A stretch of 64,000 bases of DNA. Source: Ylistrum balloti. Lineage: Eukaryota. The DNA lies in assembly GCF_031769215.1 (NCBI RefSeq), contig NW_026782116.1, positions 186,001 to 250,000 of the forward strand, read 5' to 3'. A program made the translations under genes and the position numbers. The stretch's first letter is position 1. Each line of letters begins with the position of its first letter. Shown piece by piece: positions 1-13,000 of this stretch. The notes below the pieces were generated by a model. The model had not been told where the DNA came from and did not search any database. It was given only the letters and a program-made list of their open reading frames with translations.

Positions 1-680
1 AACTACAACTGAGCATATTTTGGCCACATTTGTTAAGAAGCATCCTTAGAGGAGGGGGGAACAAATTTTATTTAAACTCTGGGTATTGTCCTCCTAGGGT
101 CAGAGATGTAGAGCCTAATTGGGGAAATAGAGCAAATTCTTTAAAATTTTACTCCTCCTGTAGGAATGAATGGTTTTCACCATCATTTCATTTAAATGAG
201 ACATCCTGGGGAAAGTGGAAACAAGTTTTATGTAAACATGACTCTCAGCCCCCTGGGGCGGAAGGGGTGGGTCCCAAGAGAGCAAGTTCATTAATATCCA
301 ACTCCTCTGTGTGAATGACCTGATTTTCCCAAATACAGTCTGGAGCATCCATTGGTGAAGGTGAGCCAGTTTTGTATAAATGATGGGTCTTGGGCCCATG
401 GGACAGGGCCCAATAGGGGAAAAGAGCAAATTCTTGAAAGTTGGATTTTGCCAAAATCTGGCGTGAAGTATACTTTGATGAAAGGAACTCAATTTTCTAT
501 ACACAGTGAACTCTTGGATGGGAAGGGCAGGAACCATTGTAGGGAAATAGAGCAAATTCTTTTAAATCCTTCTTTTGTAGGAATTAAAAGAATTCTGTCC
601 CTATTCAGTCTGAAGCATGAATGGTTTTCCTGACCCCTAAGGACAGATGGTTAGGGCCCAATGGGGAATAGATACAGTGT
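1..680. mobile_element. Degenerate dispersed repeat with internally repeated core (Helentron/HINE-like satellite core)
   Basis: ggg(g)aaa(t/a)gagcaaattctt recurs at about 121, 417 and 542 with shared flanking segments; family assignment is by recalled resemblance only. Confidence 0.45.
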
Positions 681-977
681 GTGTTGTGTGCCTGGATATA
701 TAGAATTTCTTTCCTGAAGTTTGGATGAAGTGATTTCAGTCAAACAAAGCCCTGTGAATGATAAATGCCCTATTGGCATCTTAATTTCTAGAAATTATTC
801 AAATTATAATCTTATATAATCATGATCTGGGTACACAATTGTTCTTACACTACATTCTGGTTATTCTCAATTCCACACTTCCATTTAGGTAAGAGATACT
901 ACGAAAAGATGCTGTACTGTGAGTGATTTTTTTGCTCCACTAATCTTTTACTCAGTGTTAAATACATTTTTCTTCAG

Positions 978-1078
978 ACACCACGGGTGCAATGCCAGAC
1001 GCCTACAGTCCCCAGTATGTAGAAGCAGCATGGTACGACTGGTGGAGTAATTGTGGCTTCTTCAAACCAGAGTATGGG
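978..1078 (+). CDS. VARS1: ValRS exon 1 in window ([34 protein letters not shown])
   Basis: ttcttcag| acceptor, |gtaggt donor; enters in phase 1. Confidence 0.93.
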
Positions 1079-4000
1079 GTAGGTCCGTCTGTATACCTCT
1101 GTCCTGAAATATTGGAAATCAGTAAAACATATGTCACTGCTCAGCACACCTGGTTATCAGTTCTCTACTGCTGTCACTTCTCGTTTCACGGAGACACTAA
1201 TTGATATGAGCATATTGATGTAAAAATATTTCTCTTTGGGATCATGGTCTCACCATACTACAAATTGAAACTGTCATCACTTTTCAGCCTATTTAATTGA
1301 AACTACACGTAATTGTGTGAATGATTTTGTGTTTCAAGGTCAAAGATCCAAACTTGATGGACAAAACATCTATGGAAAATAGAAATTAAATGTCCAGTCA
1401 GACTTGCTTGCAGTTCACGGAAAATTTTCACTAGTTTCTTATCTGTTAGTTGTTAATTAGAAATCAGCTGTATTTAGGAAGCTGTCAGTTCTGAGTCGGT
1501 ACATGTTTCTAAACTCACAAAAATATATCCAAGGTTTGGCTGTCATTTCATTTTTAGTTTGTTTGAAATTGGGTTGGTTTTTGGACACATTCACGATCTT
1601 TATAATGAAGTAAACCTGTTTATTGAAGGAGTTCAGTGATTGAAGGCTTGTGTCATATCATATCATTGAATGAGTTTAGTAAATTCAATGACATGTACCA
1701 GGTATTTAAGTGTAACATTCTATTTATCATATACATGTAATTTGTGTTTGTCAGAAAAATAAGAGAAAAATCTGAATTTCTTTCCCAGTTAGACTGGCAA
1801 ATTTTGAGCTGAACAGGTCCTTTTTCACTGCATGGAAAATTATATGATTTTATGAGATTTTATGAAAATGAGCCTCAGAAGTTATTATTTTTGCGAGTTT
1901 TGGCAAAGAAAAATTACAACTTAGAGATAAGTTCCATAAAATCTCATAAAATTAAAACAAAATTAAGATACTTTTTATCACATAACTTGGAAAACTTTTA
2001 TTAAGACAGGATTTCAATAAAAAATATGGATGACAAAATCAAAGAGATGTAGCCATTTTATTGTGCCATTCCATACAATCTATTTCTGACTGGCATGTTA
2101 CACAAGGTAGATATACACAAAAAAAAGGCAAATTTACTGGATAACAGTGAAATTCTGTGATAAAGTAGATTTATGACGTCATGCTTACAAGTTATGATGT
2201 GTCTGAAAGGAGCATATTACAGGTCAGCTGTGTGATTATTCACGTTGTCTTTGATGTTGATTTCAGGGTCGTGACATAAACAGCGTGCCATATGAGGACA
2301 AGTTTATCATCGTCATTCCTCCTCCTAATGTGACTGGCTCCCTCCATCTGGGACATGCACTGACCACAGCAGTGGAGGATTGTATCGTAAGATGGTAAGT
2401 AATTATTTGAGCTTCAAAATTACAAGAGAGATAGCTCCTCGGTCAATAATTCAGTATTCTATTTAGTTATAGTCATGTAATCATTTATATATTAATCTAT
2501 TCTATCATTTCTTGTTTGTATTCTTTGACCATCTGAAAATTATATTAAGTGTCTACTTTCACTTTCCAATGAATGAACACAGGAATAGAATGAATGGGAA
2601 GATGACACTATGGAACCCTGGCTGTGACCATGCTGGAATAGCTACACAAGTTGTTGTAGAAAAGAAAATCAAGAGAGAGAGAAATCTTACACGCCATGAC
2701 TTGGGCCGAGAGAAATTTGTAGATGAAGTTTGGAAATGGAAAAATGAGTAAGATAAAGATATGGATGTTAACATCTGATATCTTATTGAACATGTGTTAA
2801 ATTCTAACATCAAATTCTTTGATTTTAATTTGTTAACACAAAATTGGATGGAAACTTTTAAACATTTTTAATGAAAAGTTTTCTTGCTGTTTTTATTTGT
2901 TAAGATATGACATAAAATAACCATTATTGGTAAATACTGCTGAAGAACCGAGATTTTATTATCTGTTAAATAGAGTGTCTGTGAAATTATGTTTGTAGGA
3001 AGGGCGACCGTATATACCATCAGCTGAAAAAGCTAGGAGGATCGTATGACTGGGACAGGGCCTGTTTCACCATGGATCCTGTAAGTTCTTGAGATGTGTA
3101 TAAATTAGCATTCTAGTTTCCTATTGTACCCCACCCCTGATATTATAATGTAATCAACATGTCATTGTTTACACCTGATACAATGATAACTCTCCTTTAT
3201 TGATTTGAAGAACTATGATTTCATTGTAATTCCTGTATCACTTTTAAAAATCTAAGACCTAGACTGGTTTCCATGATAGCATTAATCAAATTCTTTGTTA
3301 TTTTTGAAAAAAAACTGATAGATTATGCCCAACTTTCTAACTTGCACTTTTATATTCAGAATTTGATCAGATTTAAAAACCATGTGAAAAGCATCATTGA
3401 GTACTTTACTTGTTAACATTTTCATAATTTTTGACAGAAATTGGTGCGGGCAGTGTCCGAAGCATTCATAAAATTACATGAAAAAGGACTGATTTACCGT
3501 AGTGTTCGTCTGGTCAACTGGTCCTGTGCGCTCAATTCAGCCATCTCAGAAATTGAGGTAAGTGTTAAGTGTTAATGTTTGTCAGCCGTTAATGTTTGTC
3601 AGCCATTAATGTTTGTCAGCTGTTAATGTTTTTCAGCCATTAACATTTGACAACTGTTAATGTTTGTCAGTCATCGGCTGTCACAACTGACTTTAGGTCT
3701 GATATAAGAATAAAAAAAATGGTCATTACGAGTTATCAAGCCTAGATTTAGACCACAATATATAACATTCATTTAACTGTATTAAAGCTTAATTATCTCC
3801 CTTTACTACTGGAGCTCACAGGCTTCCATATAATTTAGAATAACAATGTTATAAGATCTATCTTCCCAAATGTTCCTGATTTTCTGTCCTAACCTTTGGA
3901 GTAAAAATTGATGTAGAATTAATTTTATCAAGTTTACTTTTATTTCCCTTTACTACCAAAACAAAATGGCATGATCATATACATATGTACTGAAATCACT

Positions 4001-7000
4001 AGATGTAAATCCTAGTATTTTCACCCCTCCAATTCAGAAGTGTGTCCCTAACTAAACTGATGAGGAAACATTTGTCTCTGCTGATACACATTGATTACTA
4101 ACCTGTTTACAGGTAGATAAAAAGGAAATCTCGGGCCGTACCATGTTACCAGTAGCGGGATATAAGGAAAAGATCGAGTTTGGAGTCATCGTTTCCTTTG
4201 CCTACCCAGTGGAAGGCTCAGGTAACCATCACACAATATGTTAATTTTCAGAATTATTTCTACACACCTGTGTTGATTGAACTCTTATGTGAACATTTTT
4301 TGTTCACATTTTTTTTGTTAAAGATTCCTTTTATATGTAATACAAAGTATAAATCTTTGTTAAATCTTTATCTTTGAGATGATTTTGATTTGGCCTCTGA
4401 GATATGTATATTTACAGTAAGTTCTGGCGCCTGGGAGTCAAGTACAGGTTCTTGTTTATTCTGTTGTGATGACAGTCAAAATAAAGTTACATTAAAATTA
4501 TTTCACACTGATACATGTAGAATTAGCAGAATTCACATTAGAGAGATTATATAGAAGATATGGTATTTCAAGAAAATGTGGTAATAAAAGAAATTTGACA
4601 TCAATAAATGTGATATTATCTAGTGTCAATAAATGTGATATTATCTGTCATCAGTTGATGTGATATTATCTGGCATCAGTTGATGTGATATTATCTGGTA
4701 TCAATAAATGTGATATTATCTGTCATCAGTTGATGTGATATTATCTAGTATCAATAAATGTGATATTATCTGTCATCAGTTGATGTGATAGTATCTGGCA
4801 TCAGTTGATGTGATATTATCTGGTATCAATAAATGTGATATTATAATGTGATATTATCAATAAATGTGTCGGATATTATCAGTATCAATAAATGTGATAT
4901 TTAAATCGGATATTATCTGGTATCAATAAATGTGATATTATCTGTCATCAGTTGATGTGATATTATCTAGTATCAATAAATGTGATATTATCTGTCATCA
5001 GTTGATGTGATAGTATCTGGCATCAGTTGATGTGATATTATTTGCTATCAATAAATGTGATATTTAAATCGGATATTATTTGGTATCAATAAATGTGATA
5101 TTTAAATCGGATATTATTTGGTATCAATAAATGTGATATTATCTGGTATCAATAAATGTGATATTATTTGGTATCAATAAATGTGGCATCAATAAATGTG
5201 ATATTATCTGGATATTATTATCTGGCATAAATGTGATAATAAATGTGATATTATCTGGTATCAATAAATGTGATATTATCTGGTATCAATAAATGTGATA
5301 TTATCTGCTATCAATAAATGTGATATTATCAATAAATGTGATATTATCTGGTATCAATAAATGTGATCAATAAATGTGATATTATCTGGTATCAATAAAT
5401 GTGATATTATCTGGCATCAATAAATGTGATATTATTTGGTATCAATAAATGTGATATTATCTGGCATCAATAAATGTGATATTATCTGGCATCAATAAAT
5501 GTGATATTTTTTTGAGATGAAAACATGTTGTGTTGACAGATGAAGAGATTGTTGTGGCCACCACGCGTATTGAGACAATGCTGGGGGACACCGGTGTAGC
5601 TGTGCATCCTGAGGATGACCGATATAAACACCTTCATGGCAAGTTTGTGACTCATCCCTTCGTTGACCGACGTATGCCCATCGTTTTAGATGACTTTGTA
5701 GACAGGAACTTTGGAACAGGTACGTTTCTTCACACACAAAATGAGAACATTGGTGGTGAAAACATTCATTTGTTGACAAATCACATTTGATTACGGATTG
5801 GAATGGCACTTTATGAGCCTCCTTAAAAAAGAAAAGTTTCAAAGTGTACATTTGATCTATTGTAATGAAATGTCTGATATCTTGATAATGTATCTGTGTG
5901 TTATATAGGCGCTGTGAAGATTACACCAGCACATGACCACAATGATTATGAGGTTGGTGTACGCCACAACCTGCCTTTTCTCACCATCATTGATGAAAAA
6001 GGCAACATGACTCCTGACTGTGGAGAATTTGCTGTAAGTTATTACTAAAAAGTCTAAACTTGTTTTAAGTCATTCATTTGAAGGTCATAACATTCTCTTG
6101 GTCATCGATTTTAAGGAAAAGGTCACTAAATTAAAAGTCAAAATTGATCTTCAGCTAGTGTTTAGATAGGGATTGGCATTGTATAAACAGATATACACTC
6201 ATATCAGTCTTAGTTCGGGGCAGATTTGCTATATTATGGCTTAATTGATTTTAATAAAAGTATAAGACATATTTTTCATTTTCTCAAAATCATGCTTATT
6301 TTCAGTTAAAAAAGTGATTGAAAATCTGTGATGTAATTAACACATTTATAATAAATGTATGTAAGAGGGATGATCACTTTGAATTGATGTTTCCAGGGTA
6401 TGAGGCGGTTTGAGGCAAGGAAAGCTGTCCTAGAGGCTCTCAAGAACAAAGGATTATATAAGGAGACCAAAGAAAACCCCATGGTTGTTCCTATCTGCAG
6501 GTAGAGATTTTAAATAATCAGTTTTTTGTAGACTTTTATGATTAACTGAAATAAACAAAAATATATGACATGTTTGAATGGTTTTATTTGTGAGAAAAAA
6601 ATTGTGTTTCAGAATTGATGATGTTCTTTAATGAAATTTCCTCAAAATGTTTCCCTGTGTTGTCAAAGTAGTATTTGTGAAAAGAAAGCTGAAAAGTGAC
6701 TTTGTTAAGAAATTATAGTAAATTCATGTAGTCTCCTTAGACTGATTATTAAGACATTGGTTAAGGAAACATTTCCAACCCATATATCTGACGTCATATT
6801 TACATAACTTTACTGTTGAGAATGTCTGTTGACGAGATATTTACCTTACTGATCTCGAACCTTGTGTTGTTGTACACTTCTTAAACAAGATTTTAAAAAG
6901 GTTTCAAAATTAAAGGTTGCTTATTGTTGTCATGTAGCAAACATGTGTCCTTGATGTTCTTTGGGTGAGTATATATGTCTTGTGTGGTAGAAGTTCATCC

Positions 7001-10000
7001 AATACATGTCCTGTTGCTATGATATTACAGTCGCTCCAAAGATGTGATTGAGCCCCTTTTGAAGCCCCAGTGGTATGTCAGTATGCAGTCCATGGCTGAT
7101 AAGGCTGTGAAGGTAGGTAGTTCACATGGACTCGAGGATCAGGTGATCTTATGTCATAGCGTCCATCTGTCATCAACTTATCTTTTAAATGGCTACTAAT
7201 CGAGAAAATGGACTATCACCTTATTATGGCATCAGTCATGCATCATTTCAGAACCTTATTGATCCTACTGATTGTATTCATGACAAATTGTTGTATTATA
7301 TTGTTAGAGGTATTTTCTATGAGTTATTTGTTTCCATTTTCTTCATCCAGAGAAAATGGTATACAAACGTTCACCTCAGAATCTCGACCAAATGCATGTT
7401 TTACTTGATACCAGTTCAAAATGATCAAAGATGGCTGTTTGGTTCTCTGATTGGCTTTAACGTTTTAAGCTTTGAGGAATGATGGGTAAACTTGTGGTAA
7501 TGCTTTGATGGGATTCAAACATTAGACACTCTTATTGATGTTTTAATATCAAATTCTCTCTTGTCATTGACCAACGCAGTTGTCACATTTTGCGTTTTGT
7601 ACAGGCTGTGAGAGAAGGGGAGCTGAAATTGATCCCAAACACGCATGAAAAAACATGGTACAACTGGCTTGAGGATTCCAGGTAAAATGGTCACTCATAC
7701 ATACAGTCAAGGCCAATCCACAAGTCCTGTATCGTATATAAAAGATAAGAATTTTGGTGATATGATCAACATTGGAGAGATAATCATTTGATATCAATAT
7801 TGGAGACAAGCTAATATCGCAGATTATTTTTTTAATCACGGTAATATTTCCAGATACCTAACATTTCATTTTCTTTCTTTTTAAGGGACTGGTGTATATC
7901 CAGACAGCTGTGGTGGGGACATCGTATACCAGCTTACTTTGTCACTGTTGATGATCCATCAATTCCTCCAGGGGAGGTAAGTCATTGTTATCCATAAGGG
8001 ATGGCACTACTGTAAATAAGTTGTTTGAAATAATGTAAGAATTCACTTATAATTACTTTTATTAAACTGATGATAGTGCTGAAACCATCTTTATCCAGCA
8101 GTAAACTTAGGATGGAGTCAACATTTGTTGGTAATACTAGGCAGCATTATATACATATAAAATGACTGGATTTATCAGACATTGGTACGTTGTTGTATTA
8201 CTATACTTTCATTTAAAGCTGTCAATCAGGTATATGAAACATTGTACTCTAAATGTAAGAATGATCTCTGCTTTATAGTTGTCTACTTCAGAGATCTGAT
8301 AAATATTGTTTGTTTATGTTGGGAATAGTTCAAGGGTATTGAATTTTGCCCACTGCCACCATCAGCAGTAAACAGTGCATTCTATACCTTGATATACATG
8401 TACAAGGGTATATATGTAACATTAACTTTTTGAGATTCTGAGTATTTGTGCTGAATTTAATCACTGTAAATATAGCATAATGAAAATCCCTGTGAATATT
8501 ATCAACTAGACAGTATTTTACACAGTGTTATGCCCTCGGTATTCTATGAACTTTATACGTCTATGTAACTTATGTAACTTTCCATACCTAGGACACGGAT
8601 GAGAAATACTGGGTAAGTGGACGATCGGAGGAGGAAGTCAGGCAAAAAGCTGCTGAACGTTTTAAGGTCAGCGAGGACAAGATATCACTGAAACAAGGTC
8701 AGTTCACAGAAACAGGAAGTCACTGTTTCAATGTTATAAAATCAGTATGTTTCTTCAGAATAAGTCAGCCCTAACACTTAAATCTCCAACTTTAACATAT
8801 TCACAGGCCAGGAGACAACATCACTATGTCACAAGTAAATGCTGTTTGTTACATTTGTAACTAACTAAAAATTCAATTAGGATTTCTGAGCCACTTTTTG
8901 TATAGTTATCATTTATCTGGTAATGGTTTGTGTTTTGTTTAGACGAGGATGTATTGGACACCTGGTTCTCGTCGGGTATTTTCCCATTCTCCATCTTTGG
9001 TTGGCCAGATCAGGTATGATATATTGATTATTTTACTAATTAGATCATAGAATGTAATGTAAGCTTGTAGCTTGTTTTCTAATACTTTTTCATATTCTGT
9101 ATTTGTATTGAAAGTTGTAATGTTTGAATGCTGTAAATTTAAAATATCACAAAATTAAGTTACTGATGATCAGACATTTTTAGAGTTTTATTTGATAATT
9201 TGTATACACCCTGTCATACCTTGTGCTCTAGTGCTGTAAGAATCAACCCAATTAGTTATCAGTAAGAATCAGTATACCTCGCACTTAATAAGGAATATTT
9301 TTTTATCAATTTATCACTGGATCTGTTCAAGACAGTGGATTGTAGTTAAAAGAATGATTTGAAGTTTTATTATAAAGTCATTGTATGTGCTTTTTACATG
9401 TGACTTTTGTTTTTACAGACAAATGAACTAAAAGCGTTTTATCCAGGCACCCTGCTGGAAACTGGCCATGATATTATCTTCTTCTGGGTAGCCCGTATGG
9501 TGACTATGGGTCTGGAGTTAATGGACAAGCTTCCATTTAAAGAGGTATGGTTCAGTGAGAAAGTATGATGGCTTATTATTATTATTGTACAACATTGTAG
9601 GTTTTATGATGCAAGATCTTACACAGGACAACAGACATAATTACAAGGATCAAAAAAGAATTTATCAATAAATTATTACACGTTGATTTTATTTTTCAAA
9701 ATTTACAATGTTATATATAGCTCATTCTATTTCCTAGTCCTCATCAACGACGATACTTAGTTTTTCTCTTTAAAATTGTTTTAAGTAGCTGGTTAATATT
9801 TCAAGCCGTCCGTGATAATGTTATGTTCTGACACTTCAAAATTTAACATGTCACCATTGTTTACACTCATGCTCATGAAAAAATAAAAAACATTTAAGCA
9901 TTGTGGATTGTTTATCTTACAGGTATATCTTCATGCAATGGTGAGGGATGCTCATGGAAGAAAAATGTCCAAATCTCTGGGCAATGTCATTGATCCAATT

Positions 10001-13000
10001 GATGTCATCAACGGAATCTCCTTACAAGTAAGAACAGACCTTCATGATTTGATGATGTATATTAGAGTTGGACCAATCTGTGCTGCCATGGTGTTGTCCT
10101 TGACAATTTACTCTAATTGCTCTGGACAACATGAAATGTAGCTCCCTTAGTTTGTTCATTTAGGTTTCCAGGAGCTATTACAAGGAGACTCTGCATCAAT
10201 TACCTTGGCTGTTTACAGGGTGATAAGCCCTACAAACAAGCATTAATTGGGAAGATGGAGTTAGAAATGTGATCACCTTCATGTTTCATGAAATAGTAGA
10301 TTCACACTGATCAATTGTTCTCAACTTTTCATTAGGAAAATTAATGACTCCGTGGTTTCTTGCATGACACACTGTAAAAGAGAGGTGATGACAAGAAGTC
10401 ATCATTGTAACATTTAATACAAATAATATTTCTGATTTCTTAAACATTTTCATAAACACTTCAGGAAGGTGTTAAATTTAGTTTCTGTTGTAATTAAAAA
10501 CAAATACTCTTTCAGAGTGGAACAAATTAAGATCTAAGAAAATCTAAATACTTGGTTATAGATTTATTGTATTTTGATGCCCACATTCTCTTCAATACCA
10601 AAACAGTTATATATTTTGCAAACTTTCTGACTAATGATATGTTTCAACTTTCAAAGGAACTTCACAAGCGTCTGGAGGATGGAAACTTAGATAAAAAGGA
10701 AGTATTAAAGGCACAAGAGGGACAGGTAAGATGTTTATACTTTCAAGTTTCTGTTTTTCAAAGTCATAGCGACATAGAGATGTTTTAAATGATAATGCTA
10801 TGACCATTACACTATAGCGCGCTTCATTAAATTTGCCTTTTTCCAGTTGGCATTCATAAGCCCATGAATGCCAATTAAAGCAGTTCATTGCTTAAGTGAC
10901 ATGGAGACCATTTGAAATCATAAGGTTATGACCCCTACATTGTCCAATTAAATCCTGCTTTAATTAGAATCTTTCACCACTTTGTTTATTTATGTTAGTC
11001 AACATTTGTTGCAACCTTGATACATTATAACTTTTTGAGAATTTGATACTTTAGTGTAGAAAAATATGAAAATTTATTTACTCTAGAGATTTTTCAATAC
11101 TTCACTATATCTCACCGTGTTTTTGTTCTATAGAAAGCTGACTACCCCAATGGCATCCCAGAGTGTGGTACAGATGCTCTTAGATTTGCACTTTTAGCCT
11201 ACACAGCCCAAGGTGAGTGTTAATGATAGTACCATTATCATAGTATCTGTAGCAGGTTTCAAATGTTATTTTGGTTCCAAGGAGCATTTTGCATGGTATC
11301 TGCCATAGGTATGACTATTTATCTATCAATATAGATACATAATTTATATAAAAAAAAAGGATTTATTCATTGACATTAACATGAAATAATTAGAGATTTT
11401 CTGTGCACTTTTATAAACTAAATTTAAATAAAGTAGTCATGTAGGATTATAAGTTCATGGTTATCAATGCTTTAATGTTTTAAGGCATGAAATGTGTTAT
11501 TACAGGTCGGGATATAAACCTGAATGTTTCAGTCCTCAGCTGTTAAAGCTGTTAAATGTGTGTAATTACAGGTCGGGATATAAACCTGAATGTTTTAGTC
11601 CTTGGCCATGAAAGTTGTGTCAAGTTTATACTATAAGTATGATGTGTGTAATTACAGGTCGGGATATAAACCTGAATGTTTTAGTCCTCAGCTGTTAAAG
11701 CTGTATTAAGATTACACTATAAGTATGGTGTGTGGATATAAACCTGAATGTTTTAGTCCTCAGCTGTTAAAGCTGTATTAAGATTACACTATAAGTATGG
11801 TGTGTGTAATTACAGGTCGGGATATAAACCTGAATGTTTTAGTCCTCAGCTGTTAAAGCTGTATTAAGATTACACTATAAGTATGGTGTGTGTAATTACA
11901 GGTCGGGATATAAACCTGAATGTTTTAGTCCTCAGCTGTTAAAGCTGTATTAAGATTACACTATAAGTATGGTGTGTGTAATTACAGGTCGGGATATAAA
12001 CCTGAATGTTTTAGTCCTCAGCTGTTAAAGCTGTATTAAGATTACACTATAAGTATGGTGTGTGTAATTACAGGTCGGGATATAAACCTGAATGTTTTAG
12101 TCCTCAGCTGTTAAAGCTGTATTAAGATTACACTATAAGTATGGTGTGTGTAATTACAGGTCGGGATATAAACCTGAATGTTTTAGTCCTCAGCTGTTAA
12201 AGCTGTATTAAGATTACACTATAAGTATGGTGTGTGTAATTACAGGTCGGGATATAAACCTGAATGTTTTAGTCCTCAGCTGTTAAAGCTGTATTAAGAT
12301 TACACTAAAGTATGATGTGTGTAATTACAGGTCGGGATATAAACCTGAATGTTTTAGTCCTCAGCTGTTAAAGCTGTATTAAGATTACACTATAAGTATG
12401 GTGTGTGTAATTACAGGTCGGGATATAAACCTGAATGTTTTAGTCCTCAGCTGTTAAAGCTGTATTAAGATTACACTATAAGTATGGTGTGTGTAATTAC
12501 AGGTCGGGATATAAACCTGAATGTTTTAGTCCTCAGCTGTTAAAGCTGTATTAAGATTACACTATAAGTATGGTGTGTGTAATTACAGGTCGGGATATAA
12601 ACCTGAATGTTTTAGTCCTCAGCTGTTAAAGCTGTATTAAGATTACACTATAAGTATGGTGTGTGTAATTACAGGTCGGGATATAAACCTGAATGTTTTA
12701 GTCCTCAGCTGTATTAAGATTACACTAAAGTATGATGTGTGTAAAGCTGATATTAATGATTACACTATAAGATTACATGGTGTGTGTAATTACAGGTCGG
12801 GATATAAACCTGAATGTTTTAGTCCTCAGCTGTTAAAGCTGTATTAAGATTACACTATAAGTATGGTGTGTGTAATTACAGGTCGGGATATAAACCTGAA
12901 TGTTTTAGTCCTCAGCTGTTAAAGCTGTATTAAGATTACACTATAAGTATGGTGTGTGTAATTACAGGTCGGGATATAAACCTGAATGTTTTAGTCCTCA

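Noticed and set aside
30-633. Track ORFs of 69-146 aa at the window start
   Set aside because: They overlap a degenerate repeat element and show no similarity to the ValRS N-terminus.
8611-8618. Consensus donor GG|GTAAGT inside ValRS exon 13
   Set aside because: It follows from the conserved W-V-S codons; using it would shift the frame of exon 14. No evidence of use.
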